A DNA stretch of 44,471 nt from Synergistaceae bacterium (GCA_036771375.1 DAIPHL010000001.1:1-44471); one strand, 5' to 3'; counted from the first letter of the stretch, positions 18,573-28,137 are shown. The notes: a model not told the origin generated them from the letters alone. Made by a program: numbers and translations.

Positions 18573-19522
18573 GAGTGACTACCGTTACGTTGAACCCGGC
18601 GATCGATATGACGATACGATTGACGGAACCGCTCGCAAGAGGCGCCGTCAACCTGGCCCAAAGCGTGGGAGAGGCTCCCGGCGGAAAGGGGATCAACGTC
18701 GCTTCCTTCCTGGCCGACTGGGGCGTCGATGTCACGGTCACCGGTCTGCTCGGCTCCGGTAACGCCAGGATATTCGACGAGCTCTTCGGCGAGAAACGGA
18801 TGCTGGACAAATTCGTCAGGGTGGAGGGCAACACCCGCACAAACGTGAAAATCGTAGACGGGAATGAGACGACGGACGTCAACCTTCCCGGACTTTCGGC
18901 AAACTATTCCGCCCTGTACTCGTTGGAGTCGACCCTGCAGGACATCGTCTCCCAAAGCGAAAAACCCTGTATCATCGCGCTCTCGGGGAGCCTGCCCAGG
19001 GACTGTCCGACGGAGATCTACGCGAGGCTGGTCGAAAAATTACAGCGGGCCGGTGGGCACGTGATACTCGATACGAGCGGCGAGGCCCTCGTATCCGCGT
19101 TGGAGGCCCCCATCAAACCGTTTTACGTGAAGCCGAACAAAAGCGAGCTCGAAAGCTGGTGCGGCAGGCCGATCGAAACGCGGGAGGATCTGATATACGA
19201 GTCCAGGGGGCTCCTGGTGAGTGGCGTGAAGCTGGTGGCGATCTCGATGGGGGCGGACGGAGCACTTTTCCTATCCGAAGACGAGGTCCTCTTCGCTCGA
19301 AAGAAGGTGCAAAGGCCCGGCAGCACCGTCGGAGCCGGCGACTCGATGGTCGCGGGCATCATCGCCGCCATCTGCGAGGGGAGCGACCTGGAGCGTATCG
19401 CCCGGCTCGGAACGGCCTTTGCCGTGGCACGGGTCGACTCCGATTTTCCGGACGGTCCCAGAGAACACTCCTCGATCGAACGAATCGCCTCGACCGTCGA
19501 AATCAGAAACATCAATTCGTAA
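18569..19522 (+). CDS. fruK: 1-phosphofructokinase (PfkB family)
   Basis: Internal ATG of ORF 18092-19522 overlapping the upstream TGA (ATGA). Motifs TLNPAID, GGKGINV, KPNKSELE and GAGDSMVAG. Confidence 0.9.
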   Translation: MRVTTVTLNPAIDMTIRLTEPLARGAVNLAQSVGEAPGGKGINVASFLADWGVDVTVTGLLGSGNARIFDELFGEKRMLDKFVRVEGNTRTNVKIVDGNETTDVNLPGLSANYSALYSLESTLQDIVSQSEKPCIIALSGSLPRDCPTEIYARLVEKLQRAGGHVILDTSGEALVSALEAPIKPFYVKPNKSELESWCGRPIETREDLIYESRGLLVSGVKLVAISMGADGALFLSEDEVLFARKKVQRPGSTVGAGDSMVAGIIAAICEGSDLERIARLGTAFAVARVDSDFPDGPREHSSIERIASTVEIRNINS

Positions 19523-19536
19523 GGAGGTGAATTTAC

Positions 19537-21264
19537 ATGAAAACCGACAAGATCTTCGTCCTGATCGATGGAGGCAAATCCGCACTCCGGGGGATTCTTG
19601 CGGCAGAAGCCCTGAAGGACGGCGCCGAAAGGCAGGGGCGCTCCTTGGAGGTCGCGGTCCGCGCGAACGGGGAAACGCGCATCGCCTTTGCCTCACAGCC
19701 GAAATCGGACGATCGCCTCATCCGAATCGGTGACGGAGCCGACGAAAAACCGGACCACGCGGAGACACTTCCGGAAATCGACATCGACTTCATCCTGGCC
19801 GATCCCCTCACGGCGTTGCATCGGCTCTTCGACGAGGAGACACCGCCCCGGGACGAGCCGGCCGAAAAAAAGGAGAAACCGTCCGGCCGAGCGTTCATCG
19901 CAGCGGTAACATCCTGCCCGACCGGCATCGCCCACACGTTCATGGCGGCCGAAGGACTGGAACAGGCTGCACGCGCTCTCGGTCACGACATCCGCGTCGA
20001 GACGCAGGGATCGGTCGGCGCCGGGACTCCTCTCACGGAAGACGAGATCGCCCGGGCGGCAATCGTCATCATCGCGGCGGACAAGGAGGTGGAGAGAAGC
20101 CGTTTCGCCGGGAAAAAAGTCTTCGCGACGGGCACGAAACAGGCGATCACGGCGGGTGAAGACCTCATCGAACGGGCCTTTGCGGAGGCATCTCTCCAGC
20201 CCTCCGGCAAGGGTCCCCAAAACGACACGGGAACGGTCGAGAAAAAAGCGGGACCCTACAAACACCTGATGACGGGCGTCTCCTTCATGCTCCCCTTCGT
20301 CGTCGCGGGCGGCCTTCTGATCGCCCTCGGCTTCGCCTTCGGCGGCATCTATGCCGGGGACGAAAAAAACGCGGGGACCTTCGCGTACGCGCTTTTCACA
20401 ATCGGTGCCAGGGGCGGATTCTCGTTGATCGTCCCGGCGCTCGCCGGCTACATCGCCTACTCCATCGCCGACCGTCCGGGCATCGCACCGGGAATGATCG
20501 GCGGGGTTCTCGCCGCACATCAGAACGCCGGTTTCCTCGGCGGCATCGCCGCGGGCTTCATCGCGGGATACACCACCGACCTCCTGAACCGTAAGATCGA
20601 CCTTCCGAAAAACCTGGCCGGGCTCAAACCGGTCCTGATTCTACCGTTGCTCGGCTCGGCGATCACCGGGCTCGCCATGCTCTATGTGGTGGGAGCACCG
20701 GTGGCGAGAGCACTCGCCTTTCTCACGAACTGGCTGCAGAGCATGCACGGAACCAGCTCACTCGTCCTCGGGCTGCTCCTGGGCTCGATGATGGCGATCG
20801 ACATGGGAGGCCCCGTCAACAAAGCGTCGTATGCCTTTGCGACCGGACTCATCGCATCGCAGATTTACACGCCGATGGCCGCCGTCATGGCGGGCGGCAT
20901 GACGCCGCCGCTCGCGGTCGCACTCGCCTGCCGTCTGTTCAAAAACCGTTTCACTCCCGACGAGCAGGAAGCCGGCAACGCCGCCGCGGTGCTTGGGCTC
21001 TCCTTTGTAACGGAAGGCGCGATCCCCTTCGCCGCCCGGGATCCGTTGCGGGTCATTCCGGCGCTCGTGGCGGGTTCGGGAATCGCCGGAGCCATCTCGA
21101 TGTTCGCGGGCGTCGAGCTCAAGGTCCCGCACGGCGGCGTTTTCGTCCTCATGATCCCGGGCGCGGCGACACATCTACCGGGATATGTGGTCGCCATCGT
21201 CGCCGGGACCGTAATCAGCGCGATCCTGCTCGGCCTGTTGAAAAAACCCCTGGCGAAACTCTGA
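19537..21264 (+). CDS. fruA: PTS fructose-specific EIIB'-EIIB-EIIC component
   Basis: N-terminal Cys-less IIB'-like domain, then the IIB motif [16 protein letters not shown], then a polytopic IIC domain. AAGGAGG upstream. Confidence 0.9.
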   Translation: MKTDKIFVLIDGGKSALRGILAAEALKDGAERQGRSLEVAVRANGETRIAFASQPKSDDRLIRIGDGADEKPDHAETLPEIDIDFILADPLTALHRLFDEETPPRDEPAEKKEKPSGRAFIAAVTSCPTGIAHTFMAAEGLEQAARALGHDIRVETQGSVGAGTPLTEDEIARAAIVIIAADKEVERSRFAGKKVFATGTKQAITAGEDLIERAFAEASLQPSGKGPQNDTGTVEKKAGPYKHLMTGVSFMLPFVVAGGLLIALGFAFGGIYAGDEKNAGTFAYALFTIGARGGFSLIVPALAGYIAYSIADRPGIAPGMIGGVLAAHQNAGFLGGIAAGFIAGYTTDLLNRKIDLPKNLAGLKPVLILPLLGSAITGLAMLYVVGAPVARALAFLTNWLQSMHGTSSLVLGLLLGSMMAIDMGGPVNKASYAFATGLIASQIYTPMAAVMAGGMTPPLAVALACRLFKNRFTPDEQEAGNAAAVLGLSFVTEGAIPFAARDPLRVIPALVAGSGIAGAISMFAGVELKVPHGGVFVLMIPGAATHLPGYVVAIVAGTVISAILLGLLKKPLAKL

Positions 21265-21384
21265 CTTTTCCGATCGCTCAAAGGGAAGACGCCGTGTGAA
21301 ACCCAAAACCGCGACGAAAGACAGGGATTCGTCCATCCGACACGAAGACGCGGAATTCGCAGCACCACGGCACGTCCCTCCGCG

Positions 21385-21424
21385 AAAAAAAGCGAGGGAC
21401 CGCGCGTTTCGCGCGGACCCTCGC
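21385..21424 (-). terminator. rho-independent terminator after the CoADR-like gene
   Basis: 15-bp GC-rich stem (GCGAGGGACCGCGCG/CGCGCGGACCCTCGC, one mismatch) with a 3-nt loop. It is followed on the minus strand by U7 (plus-strand A-run 21385-21391). Confidence 0.7.
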
Positions 21425-21500
21425 AACCTCGCAAGTCATCTATGGTACCGTTTACACAGCCCCTTTTCAGCGACGGCTCACACGACGCGGGACACCCCGC

Positions 21501-23192
21501 TCATACCGGCTTCGTCTCGTATGACCAGGCGAGCATCCCACCCTCTATGACCGATGTCTTTTCGTATCCGGCCGCGCGAAGCATCGTGTACGCCATCCAA
21601 GAGCGGGAACCGGCCTTGCAGAGGATGGCGATCTCTCGGTCTTTCGGCAGCTCGCCTAACCGCTTTCCAAGCTCCCCCAGAGGGATCGAGAGCGACTCGT
21701 AGGGAAGCTCTCCCATCGCCTTTCTCTCGCCTTCCGTCCGTACGTCCAGGACGAGAAAATCGTCGCCGGACTCCGCCCGTCTTTTCAACCGCAGAGGCCC
21801 CATGGAGCGCATCAGTCCATCCATTTTGTTCTTCATCGCGTTTGCGGTATGCGTGACCGGATCGAGGGCCGTCGAAAAAGGAGGGGCGTACGCGACGTCC
21901 ACGTCGGCGAGGTCGTCGATCGTCAGCTTTCCTCTGATCGCAGCGGCGAGGAGGTCGATCCGTTTGTCCACCCTGCCTGGACCGAGTATGCGGGCCCCGA
22001 GAAGTCGCCGGCTCGTACGATCGGCCAGAAGCCATATGAAAATGGGCGCACTTCCGGCCATAAAACCGGGAATATCGGGGGCCGACACCCATATCTCGAC
22101 CGGAGAGAACCCGGCCGCCACGGCGCCATCCCAATTCAGGCCCGTTTTGCCGACCGTCCAGTTGAACACCCGAACGATCGCACTTCCCTCGACCCCCGTG
22201 AACGTGCTTCGGATTCCGGCGATGTTGTCCGCGATCACGCGACCCTGCCGATTCGCCACCGATCCCATCGGCTGCCAGACATGGGCGCCGGTTATGACGT
22301 CCAGGCTTTCGACGCAATCGCCCCCGGCATAGATGTCGGGATCGGACGTGCGCATGCACTCGTCGACGCGCAATGCCCTCTCCCCCATCTCGAGCCCCGC
22401 CTCTTTCGCAAGGTCGAGGTTCGGACGCACACCCACGGAGACGAGGACCAGATCGGCGTCGATCTCCCTTTTGTCGGTCACGACCTTCCGCACGCGCTCC
22501 TCGCCCACGAAAGCGGTCACGGCCTCCCCACCGCAGAAATCGACGCCGTTCTTCCGAAGCTGCATCTCGACCATCGCACCACCCTCTTCGCCCACCAAGG
22601 CCCAAAGAGGCGATTCGAGAGCATCGATCAGGGTCACGTCCAACCCTCGGTACTTCAAGGCCTCCGCGGTCTCGACCCCCACGAGTCCGGCTCCCACGAT
22701 GACCACCCTCCGAATGCCTTCGTTTCTCTCCAGGGAGTTCCTTATGGCGATCGCGTCCCGCAGCGTCCAAAGCGTATAGATATTTTCAAGCGGCTGTGGC
22801 GCGAGACCGGGTATATTGGGCCGGATGGGGGAGGCACCGGTGGCGAGAACCAGTTTGTCGTAGGGAAAAACCTTCTCCTCGCCCGTCTCCTTCACTCTCG
22901 CCGTCACTTCTTTCTTCGCCCTGTCGACTCGTATGACATCGTACCCCGTAAGGGCGCGAGTCATGGCGTAATTTCGAAAGTACTCCGCGTCCCGCATGAC
23001 GCCAAACGGCATGTGTGTCAACGCCGACAGGTTCTCCACATCACCCCCCACGTAAAAGGGGAAACCACAATTTGCATAACTGAGATCGGGGCCGCGCTCC
23101 AACATCGTTATCTCGGCACCCGGACAAATCCGCGCCAGTCTCGCAGCTGTCTTCGCACCACAGGCCACGCCTCCGACAATCACCACACGCAT
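21501..23192 (-). CDS. CoA-disulfide reductase / NADH-dependent persulfide reductase-like flavoprotein with C-terminal rhodanese domain
   Basis: 563 aa. FAD motif VVIVGGVACGAKTA, redox Cys in SYANCGFPFYVGG, second Rossmann fold VVIVGAGLVGVE, and a C-terminal rhodanese with active-site CKAGSRS. Confidence 0.85.
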   Translation of the reverse strand: MRVVIVGGVACGAKTAARLARICPGAEITMLERGPDLSYANCGFPFYVGGDVENLSALTHMPFGVMRDAEYFRNYAMTRALTGYDVIRVDRAKKEVTARVKETGEEKVFPYDKLVLATGASPIRPNIPGLAPQPLENIYTLWTLRDAIAIRNSLERNEGIRRVVIVGAGLVGVETAEALKYRGLDVTLIDALESPLWALVGEEGGAMVEMQLRKNGVDFCGGEAVTAFVGEERVRKVVTDKREIDADLVLVSVGVRPNLDLAKEAGLEMGERALRVDECMRTSDPDIYAGGDCVESLDVITGAHVWQPMGSVANRQGRVIADNIAGIRSTFTGVEGSAIVRVFNWTVGKTGLNWDGAVAAGFSPVEIWVSAPDIPGFMAGSAPIFIWLLADRTSRRLLGARILGPGRVDKRIDLLAAAIRGKLTIDDLADVDVAYAPPFSTALDPVTHTANAMKNKMDGLMRSMGPLRLKRRAESGDDFLVLDVRTEGERKAMGELPYESLSIPLGELGKRLGELPKDREIAILCKAGSRSWMAYTMLRAAGYEKTSVIEGGMLAWSYETKPV

Positions 23193-23436
23193 CGATCAAA
23201 ACCTCCTCTATGTTCACTTTGCGTCCATCACACAACCATTATTACATAATTCACCCCGTTCGTCTTTCGGTATTATGCAATCCGCTATGCTCCGACGCGC
23301 CGACATCGTCTTTCGGCTGTGATAAAATAGACTTCACCCGGTCATACAGACAGCGAAGCACGTAATTTCGACGGCGCCGAAATCGGAGCGCCCGGTACAC
23401 TTTACGTCCCGAAAACAGAGAAAGGGAGATGGAGCG

Positions 23437-23775
23437 ATGAAAAAAGTCCGCATCACCGTTCTGAAAACGATGTTTCTGGAGGATATCGCATCGAAATACG
23501 GTGTACCGGGAATGGGCCCGTGCCCTCTGCACAAGGAGGGAGAGGTCTTCTATGCCGACCACAGGAAACCGGAGGGGTTCTGCGACGAAGCCTGGAGGGC
23601 GATCGGGCAGTACGTTTTCGCCCTCGCCCACGTCCCCGGCACGAAGACGTTCTACTACGAGGGCGAGGGGTGGAACAAAGACCCCGGTGTGGCGATCGGC
23701 TCCTGCCCGGACGGTTTTCGCCCGGTCGTCTTCAAGATCGAGACCACCGACATAGAGTCGACCCGCAAGAACTGA
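23437..23775 (+). CDS. TIGR04076-like small cysteine-containing protein (function unknown)
   Basis: 112 aa. MKKVRITVLKT..., GPCPLHKEGEVFYAD, PEGFCDEAWRAIGQYVFAL and GSCPDGFRPVVFK match my recollection of the TIGR04076 family. GGGAGATGGAG upstream. Confidence 0.7.
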   Translation: MKKVRITVLKTMFLEDIASKYGVPGMGPCPLHKEGEVFYADHRKPEGFCDEAWRAIGQYVFALAHVPGTKTFYYEGEGWNKDPGVAIGSCPDGFRPVVFKIETTDIESTRKN

Positions 23776-23906
23776 CGCCCGACCGGAACATGCGGCGAGC
23801 GCCGCCGGGAATACGGCAAACGAAGGCCGTTGTCGGAAAGGGTTTTTTGTCAAGCCAGGCTCGGTCGAAACAAACCTGTCGACAGACCACGATTTGTTGG
23901 GTGACT

Positions 23907-25154
23907 TCATGCACCGTTATATCCACGGGCAAAATAGACGTTCATCCCCACCTCGCCCGGGATATGGTAGGAATATGCCTTTTCCTCCACTTCGTCCAAA
24001 ACGTTCCCGATCTCTTCTTCGTCGATAACGTCATTCCATGTGCGATGAAGATACTGTCTGAAATATCCGATATCATAACTTTTCTCCCAGGCTTCAGGAA
24101 ACTGTCGGTGCAACTCTTGCATCGATGGACTACGCGGTTTAAAAGAAAAGAAAGCACCCACTGTGCAGGCGTTTTTACGGAAATAGCGAGACACTGCCTC
24201 TGCAGCGTAACCGCTGTTATAAAGTGCATATTCGTTGGCGGAATCAAAATCGATATATATGTCTACACATTTTTCTCTTAACGGCAACAGGTTGCTCGCC
24301 GACGCAACATAAAGCACTTTATGGGCGAACCCAAGCCTATCGATCAAACCCTTATAAATCGTGACGATCTCAGGGTATTTATCTGTGATCACATAAAGCG
24401 CATTTGCATCCATTTTCTCCAAATTGGCATGGCAAAAACAATAATTATTTATAAAATCCTCAAGAATAAGCTTGCCGGATGTTTCGCATTGTTTCAATCG
24501 TTCCAACATCCAATGATAAGCTCGCTGCATATAGGAAACAAGGGTGGGATTCATGAGACGATAACAATTCCGTTCGCAATCAGGCCAGTCGTGAAGGCTG
24601 ATCTTACCTGGCGGACCGATCAATATTCCATTCCGTATTACTGCCTTGAAGCCACAAGGGCAATTCAACTCTCCCGAAAGAATCTGATCTCTTTCTATAT
24701 TGCAGTGACTCAATGAAAGCGCTCCACTACAAAGAGGACATGCAAAATATTCCAGAAACACAAGAGGCACGCCATTTTTGTTCTTTACATTCAAGGAATG
24801 ATGCTCCCCGGTCACTTTTACGATCTCGCTGTTCAATTCCGCTATGATTGATTGGATATGCCGTTTTTCCTCCTGTAAACGTTTTTTATGATTCGACAAA
24901 ATATGGATATAGCCTTCCAACTCTTTGAGGCTGTTGAAATTGCTCAGCCGTCGGAGAGATAATATTTTATGTATATCCGCTATGGAAAAACGAAAAGATT
25001 TCAATTTGAGGATCACTTGCATATCCTCCATATCGTTTTCGTCAAAATCATAACGATTGTTCCTTATCAAAGGGACCAACAAACCTTTATTTACGTAAAA
25101 GCGAATCGTTCCGGGAGTGGATTGATAATATTCACTAAACGCTCCGATTTTCAT
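23907..25154 (-). CDS. MerR-family regulator fused to a Trm112-like zinc ribbon and a methyltransferase-like C-terminal domain
   Basis: 415 aa. N-terminal MerR HTH (MKIGAFSEYYQSTPGTIRFYVNKGLL) plus coiled coil. CPLCSGAL...CPCGFKAVIRNGILIG is a Trm112-like ribbon. The C-terminal about 220 aa resembles a class I methyltransferase fold, but I see no clear GxGxG. AT-rich codon usage. Confidence 0.8.
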   Translation of the reverse strand: MKIGAFSEYYQSTPGTIRFYVNKGLLVPLIRNNRYDFDENDMEDMQVILKLKSFRFSIADIHKILSLRRLSNFNSLKELEGYIHILSNHKKRLQEEKRHIQSIIAELNSEIVKVTGEHHSLNVKNKNGVPLVFLEYFACPLCSGALSLSHCNIERDQILSGELNCPCGFKAVIRNGILIGPPGKISLHDWPDCERNCYRLMNPTLVSYMQRAYHWMLERLKQCETSGKLILEDFINNYCFCHANLEKMDANALYVITDKYPEIVTIYKGLIDRLGFAHKVLYVASASNLLPLREKCVDIYIDFDSANEYALYNSGYAAEAVSRYFRKNACTVGAFFSFKPRSPSMQELHRQFPEAWEKSYDIGYFRQYLHRTWNDVIDEEEIGNVLDEVEEKAYSYHIPGEVGMNVYFARGYNGA

Positions 25155-25331
25155 GCCGACTCCCCTCTCTTTATTTTTTCTATAGCTTACTACAGAAAAC
25201 GTTTGTTAACTATCATTGTATATATCATCTACAGTACAAGGACACAAATTTCATATTTTTCCTCGATTTTCCCACTTGTTGTACATCTTGCTATATGCAA
25301 TATCATGACGAAAGACACCATCGAAAATTTC

Positions 25332-25347
25332 AATTCTGCGCAGAATT
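25332..25347. promoter_or_regulatory. 16-bp perfect palindrome AATTCTGCGCAGAATT, candidate operator
   Basis: Read directly from the sequence. It lies in the 350-nt divergent intergenic region between the MerR-like gene and the symporter, flanked by TTTCAA (25328-25333) and TATACA (25353-25358) 19 nt apart. Confidence 0.4.
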
Positions 25348-25504
25348 CCGTCTATACATACAGATCCATTCTCAAACCCACAGGGAGGGATGGTAATGGT
25401 TTCGGTTTGGAAGTGGTTCATTTTTTTCTTGCCGGTCTGGGGTAGCATTCTAATTTCTTACGCATTTTACAGGAAAGCCGACTTTTAAAAAAGGAGGGAT
25501 ACGG

Positions 25505-26986
25505 ATGATCGCCAGTATTGTCACCTTTGTTCTATATATCGTCGTCCTCATTGCAATCGGTGTCATCACATATGTCAAAGCGAAATCTTATTCGGACTAC
25601 ACGCTTGCCGGACGTTCAAACAACAAATGGGTCGCTGCAATATCGGCCGAATCATCAGATATGAGTGGATGGCTCCTGATGGGATTGCCCGGAGCGGCAT
25701 ACGCCGGAGGCTTCTCATCCATCTGGATCATGATCGGCCTAATCTTCGGAACGATGTTCAACTGGATTTTCGTAGCCAATCGATTACGCGTCGCAACGGA
25801 GGTTTACAACGTTTTTTCCATAACTGAATACTTTGAAAAGCGCGTCAACGACAAAACAGGTTCCGTTGCACTCGTCTCGGGGTTGGCCATCATCGTTTTT
25901 ATGATCATCAATGCATCCGCCGAAATAATCGGCAGCGGTAAACTCCTCAATGCAACGTTCGGAATGGATTACAGCACAGGCATCGTTGTCGGCCTCGTGA
26001 TCGTTGTCCTCTACACTTTTCTCGGCGGCTATATGGCGGTGAGCTGGAGCAATCTTTTTCAGGGAACGATCATGTTTTTCGCTCTTTTGTTCGTACCCAT
26101 CGCAGTTATCGTAAAAATCGGCGGTTATGAAGAAGTTTTGCGGCATCTCCATCAAACGAATCCCTCTTTTTTTCAGTTTTTAAACGGCGAAACGGAATTC
26201 TTTCCTGCTCTCTCCATAATATTGGGCGGCTTGGGCGTCGGTTTGTGTTATTTTGGCATGGTGCATGTCTTGACTTGCTTTATGTCCATCAAACACAGCA
26301 GTGAAATAAAAGATTCCACTTTCATCGCCACGACGTGGGTCAGCATTTCGACATTCGGTGCCATCCTCGTCGGAATGCTGGGCGCATACCTGTTCCCAAA
26401 GATCGCCGATCCAGAACAAATTTTTTTCGCCATGGGCAGTAGTTATTTTCCACCCTATATGCTCGGATTATTCGCGGCATCCGTCATGGCCGCAATACTC
26501 TCATCGGTCAGCGCCTACGTCATCGTCGCCGCGGCGGCATTCGGAGCCAATATCGTCAAACACTACGCAAAGGACATCGATGAAGCCAAGATCGTAAATC
26601 TCGAACGTCTTGCCGTCGTCGTCATCTCTCTTCTAGCATTTCTCATGTCCCTGAAATCGAACCTTGTCTTCAGTATCGCTCTTCTTGCAGCAGCGGGCCT
26701 CGGCTCCTCTTTCGGACCGTTGGTGCTTTTCTCCCTCTACAGCAGAGACATCAACAAGACAGGTGCGATCGCGAGTATCATCGTAGGGCTTGTCGTTGTC
26801 ATCTTTTGGTACTACGGTGGGTTCTCTGCCTATATCTATGAGCTCGTACCGGGATTTATCGCAAGTTGTCTCGCGTTGTCAGTAGGAACCAGACTCGGAG
26901 GAGGAGCGGATGAGGAAACGCGAGAGCTGTACGATCGCTATATCTCCAAGCTTAAACAGAATAAAAGACGGGGGGAATCCGTATGA
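25505..26986 (+). CDS. sodium:solute symporter (SSF), PutP-like
   Basis: 493 aa and polytopic. N-terminal YTLAGRSNNKWVAAISAESSDMSGWLLMGLPGAAY matches the PutP/SSF signature. AAGGAGGG upstream. Confidence 0.9.
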   Translation: MIASIVTFVLYIVVLIAIGVITYVKAKSYSDYTLAGRSNNKWVAAISAESSDMSGWLLMGLPGAAYAGGFSSIWIMIGLIFGTMFNWIFVANRLRVATEVYNVFSITEYFEKRVNDKTGSVALVSGLAIIVFMIINASAEIIGSGKLLNATFGMDYSTGIVVGLVIVVLYTFLGGYMAVSWSNLFQGTIMFFALLFVPIAVIVKIGGYEEVLRHLHQTNPSFFQFLNGETEFFPALSIILGGLGVGLCYFGMVHVLTCFMSIKHSSEIKDSTFIATTWVSISTFGAILVGMLGAYLFPKIADPEQIFFAMGSSYFPPYMLGLFAASVMAAILSSVSAYVIVAAAAFGANIVKHYAKDIDEAKIVNLERLAVVVISLLAFLMSLKSNLVFSIALLAAAGLGSSFGPLVLFSLYSRDINKTGAIASIIVGLVVVIFWYYGGFSAYIYELVPGFIASCLALSVGTRLGGGADEETRELYDRYISKLKQNKRRGESV

Positions 26987-28074
26987 CAAAATTATTTGTG
27001 CCGACGGATCGAATCGGCCTTGAATCACTTCAAAAAAGCATCGGGGACAGTTTTAAAACGGTAAATGAACTGTTACGGGAAAACGTCGATTTGTCGTGGC
27101 ATCTCAATGGCGTCCATTTTGACGAAACTTCGTCGTGGCCGGAAGGACATTATTATCAGTGCGGCTTTTCAATGGCGGACGAGGGGAAAATACGCGACAT
27201 TCTCGATGCAAACGACATTTTCTACGAGAAAGTGTCGGCAGTCCCAACTTCCGGGAAAATGGTTACGCCCATTTCGATCGCCGTATACAACGGACGGGGG
27301 GCTGTCGACGATTTTTCCGCGCCTTTGCTCGAGGTATTGGCATGGGGCGGTTTTTCATATCGTTTTGTCGACGACAATGACATTCGTTCGGGAAAACTCG
27401 AAAATTTCGACGTCATGCTGGTTCCAGGAAGCCCCGACGCGGGAGAATGCTACTATGCAGGACTTGGAGAAAAGGGATATGACCGGATTCGTTCGTTTAT
27501 CGCCGACAAGGGACATTATCTCGGAATATGCGGCGGTGCTTATCTTCCTCTTACATCCTACAATACGATGAACAGATACTGGTTAAATATCGTCGAAGCA
27601 ACCGATACGGAGGATTTGGATTACTGGCGAACGGGAAGTGGATTTATCCGTTTTCGTATCGAAGACGCCAGCCACCCTATCTTTTCCGCGATCGCACTCG
27701 GCGTATCGAGCACGATGAATCTCGTCTATTGGGAAGGCCCCTCTATAACGATAAAAGGAGGAAACGTGAAGTCCCTGGCTCGTTTCGAAAGGCTTCTCGC
27801 CAGCGGAAGTGATCCGTTAAAACCCCATTGGAGCATGCAGGACAACAAAATAGCGGAAGATGCGGTAAGATGTTGGTACAATCCTCTCTCGGCCGAAACC
27901 TTCGAACATACTCTGGCTCAGAAAAGCGCCTTCGTCGAGGCATCGTTCCACGGACATAAAATTTTGCTCTACTCTCCTCATCCCGAAATGGGCAATATTG
28001 GCTACGGCCCTCGCAAAGACAGTTTAAATTTTCTGTTGATATACAACGGTCTGACATATCTTGCCTATCGCTGA
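26983..28074 (+). CDS. class I glutamine-amidotransferase-like (BPL_N/DJ-1 superfamily-like) putative amidohydrolase
   Basis: 363 aa. Its ATG overlaps the symporter stop (ATGA). Flavodoxin-like strand ISIAVYNGRGA, nucleophile elbow HYLGICGGAYL and a later SPHPE motif give an apparent Cys-His-Glu triad. There is an unassigned N-terminal domain of about 95 aa. Confidence 0.7.
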   Translation: MTKLFVPTDRIGLESLQKSIGDSFKTVNELLRENVDLSWHLNGVHFDETSSWPEGHYYQCGFSMADEGKIRDILDANDIFYEKVSAVPTSGKMVTPISIAVYNGRGAVDDFSAPLLEVLAWGGFSYRFVDDNDIRSGKLENFDVMLVPGSPDAGECYYAGLGEKGYDRIRSFIADKGHYLGICGGAYLPLTSYNTMNRYWLNIVEATDTEDLDYWRTGSGFIRFRIEDASHPIFSAIALGVSSTMNLVYWEGPSITIKGGNVKSLARFERLLASGSDPLKPHWSMQDNKIAEDAVRCWYNPLSAETFEHTLAQKSAFVEASFHGHKILLYSPHPEMGNIGYGPRKDSLNFLLIYNGLTYLAYR

Positions 28075-28137
28075 ACAGGTCAAAAAACGGGCTCACAACA
28101 AAGATGCCTCATACAGGAATGCGAGGGAGGAAACGAA

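Noticed and set aside
23776-23906. Looked for att-like direct repeats, tRNA fragments or terminators at the left island boundary that match the right-boundary repeats.
   Set aside because: Only a loose resemblance was found (ACAAATCGTG on the reverse strand versus GACAATCGTC) plus 3-5 bp stems. This is not distinguishable from chance.
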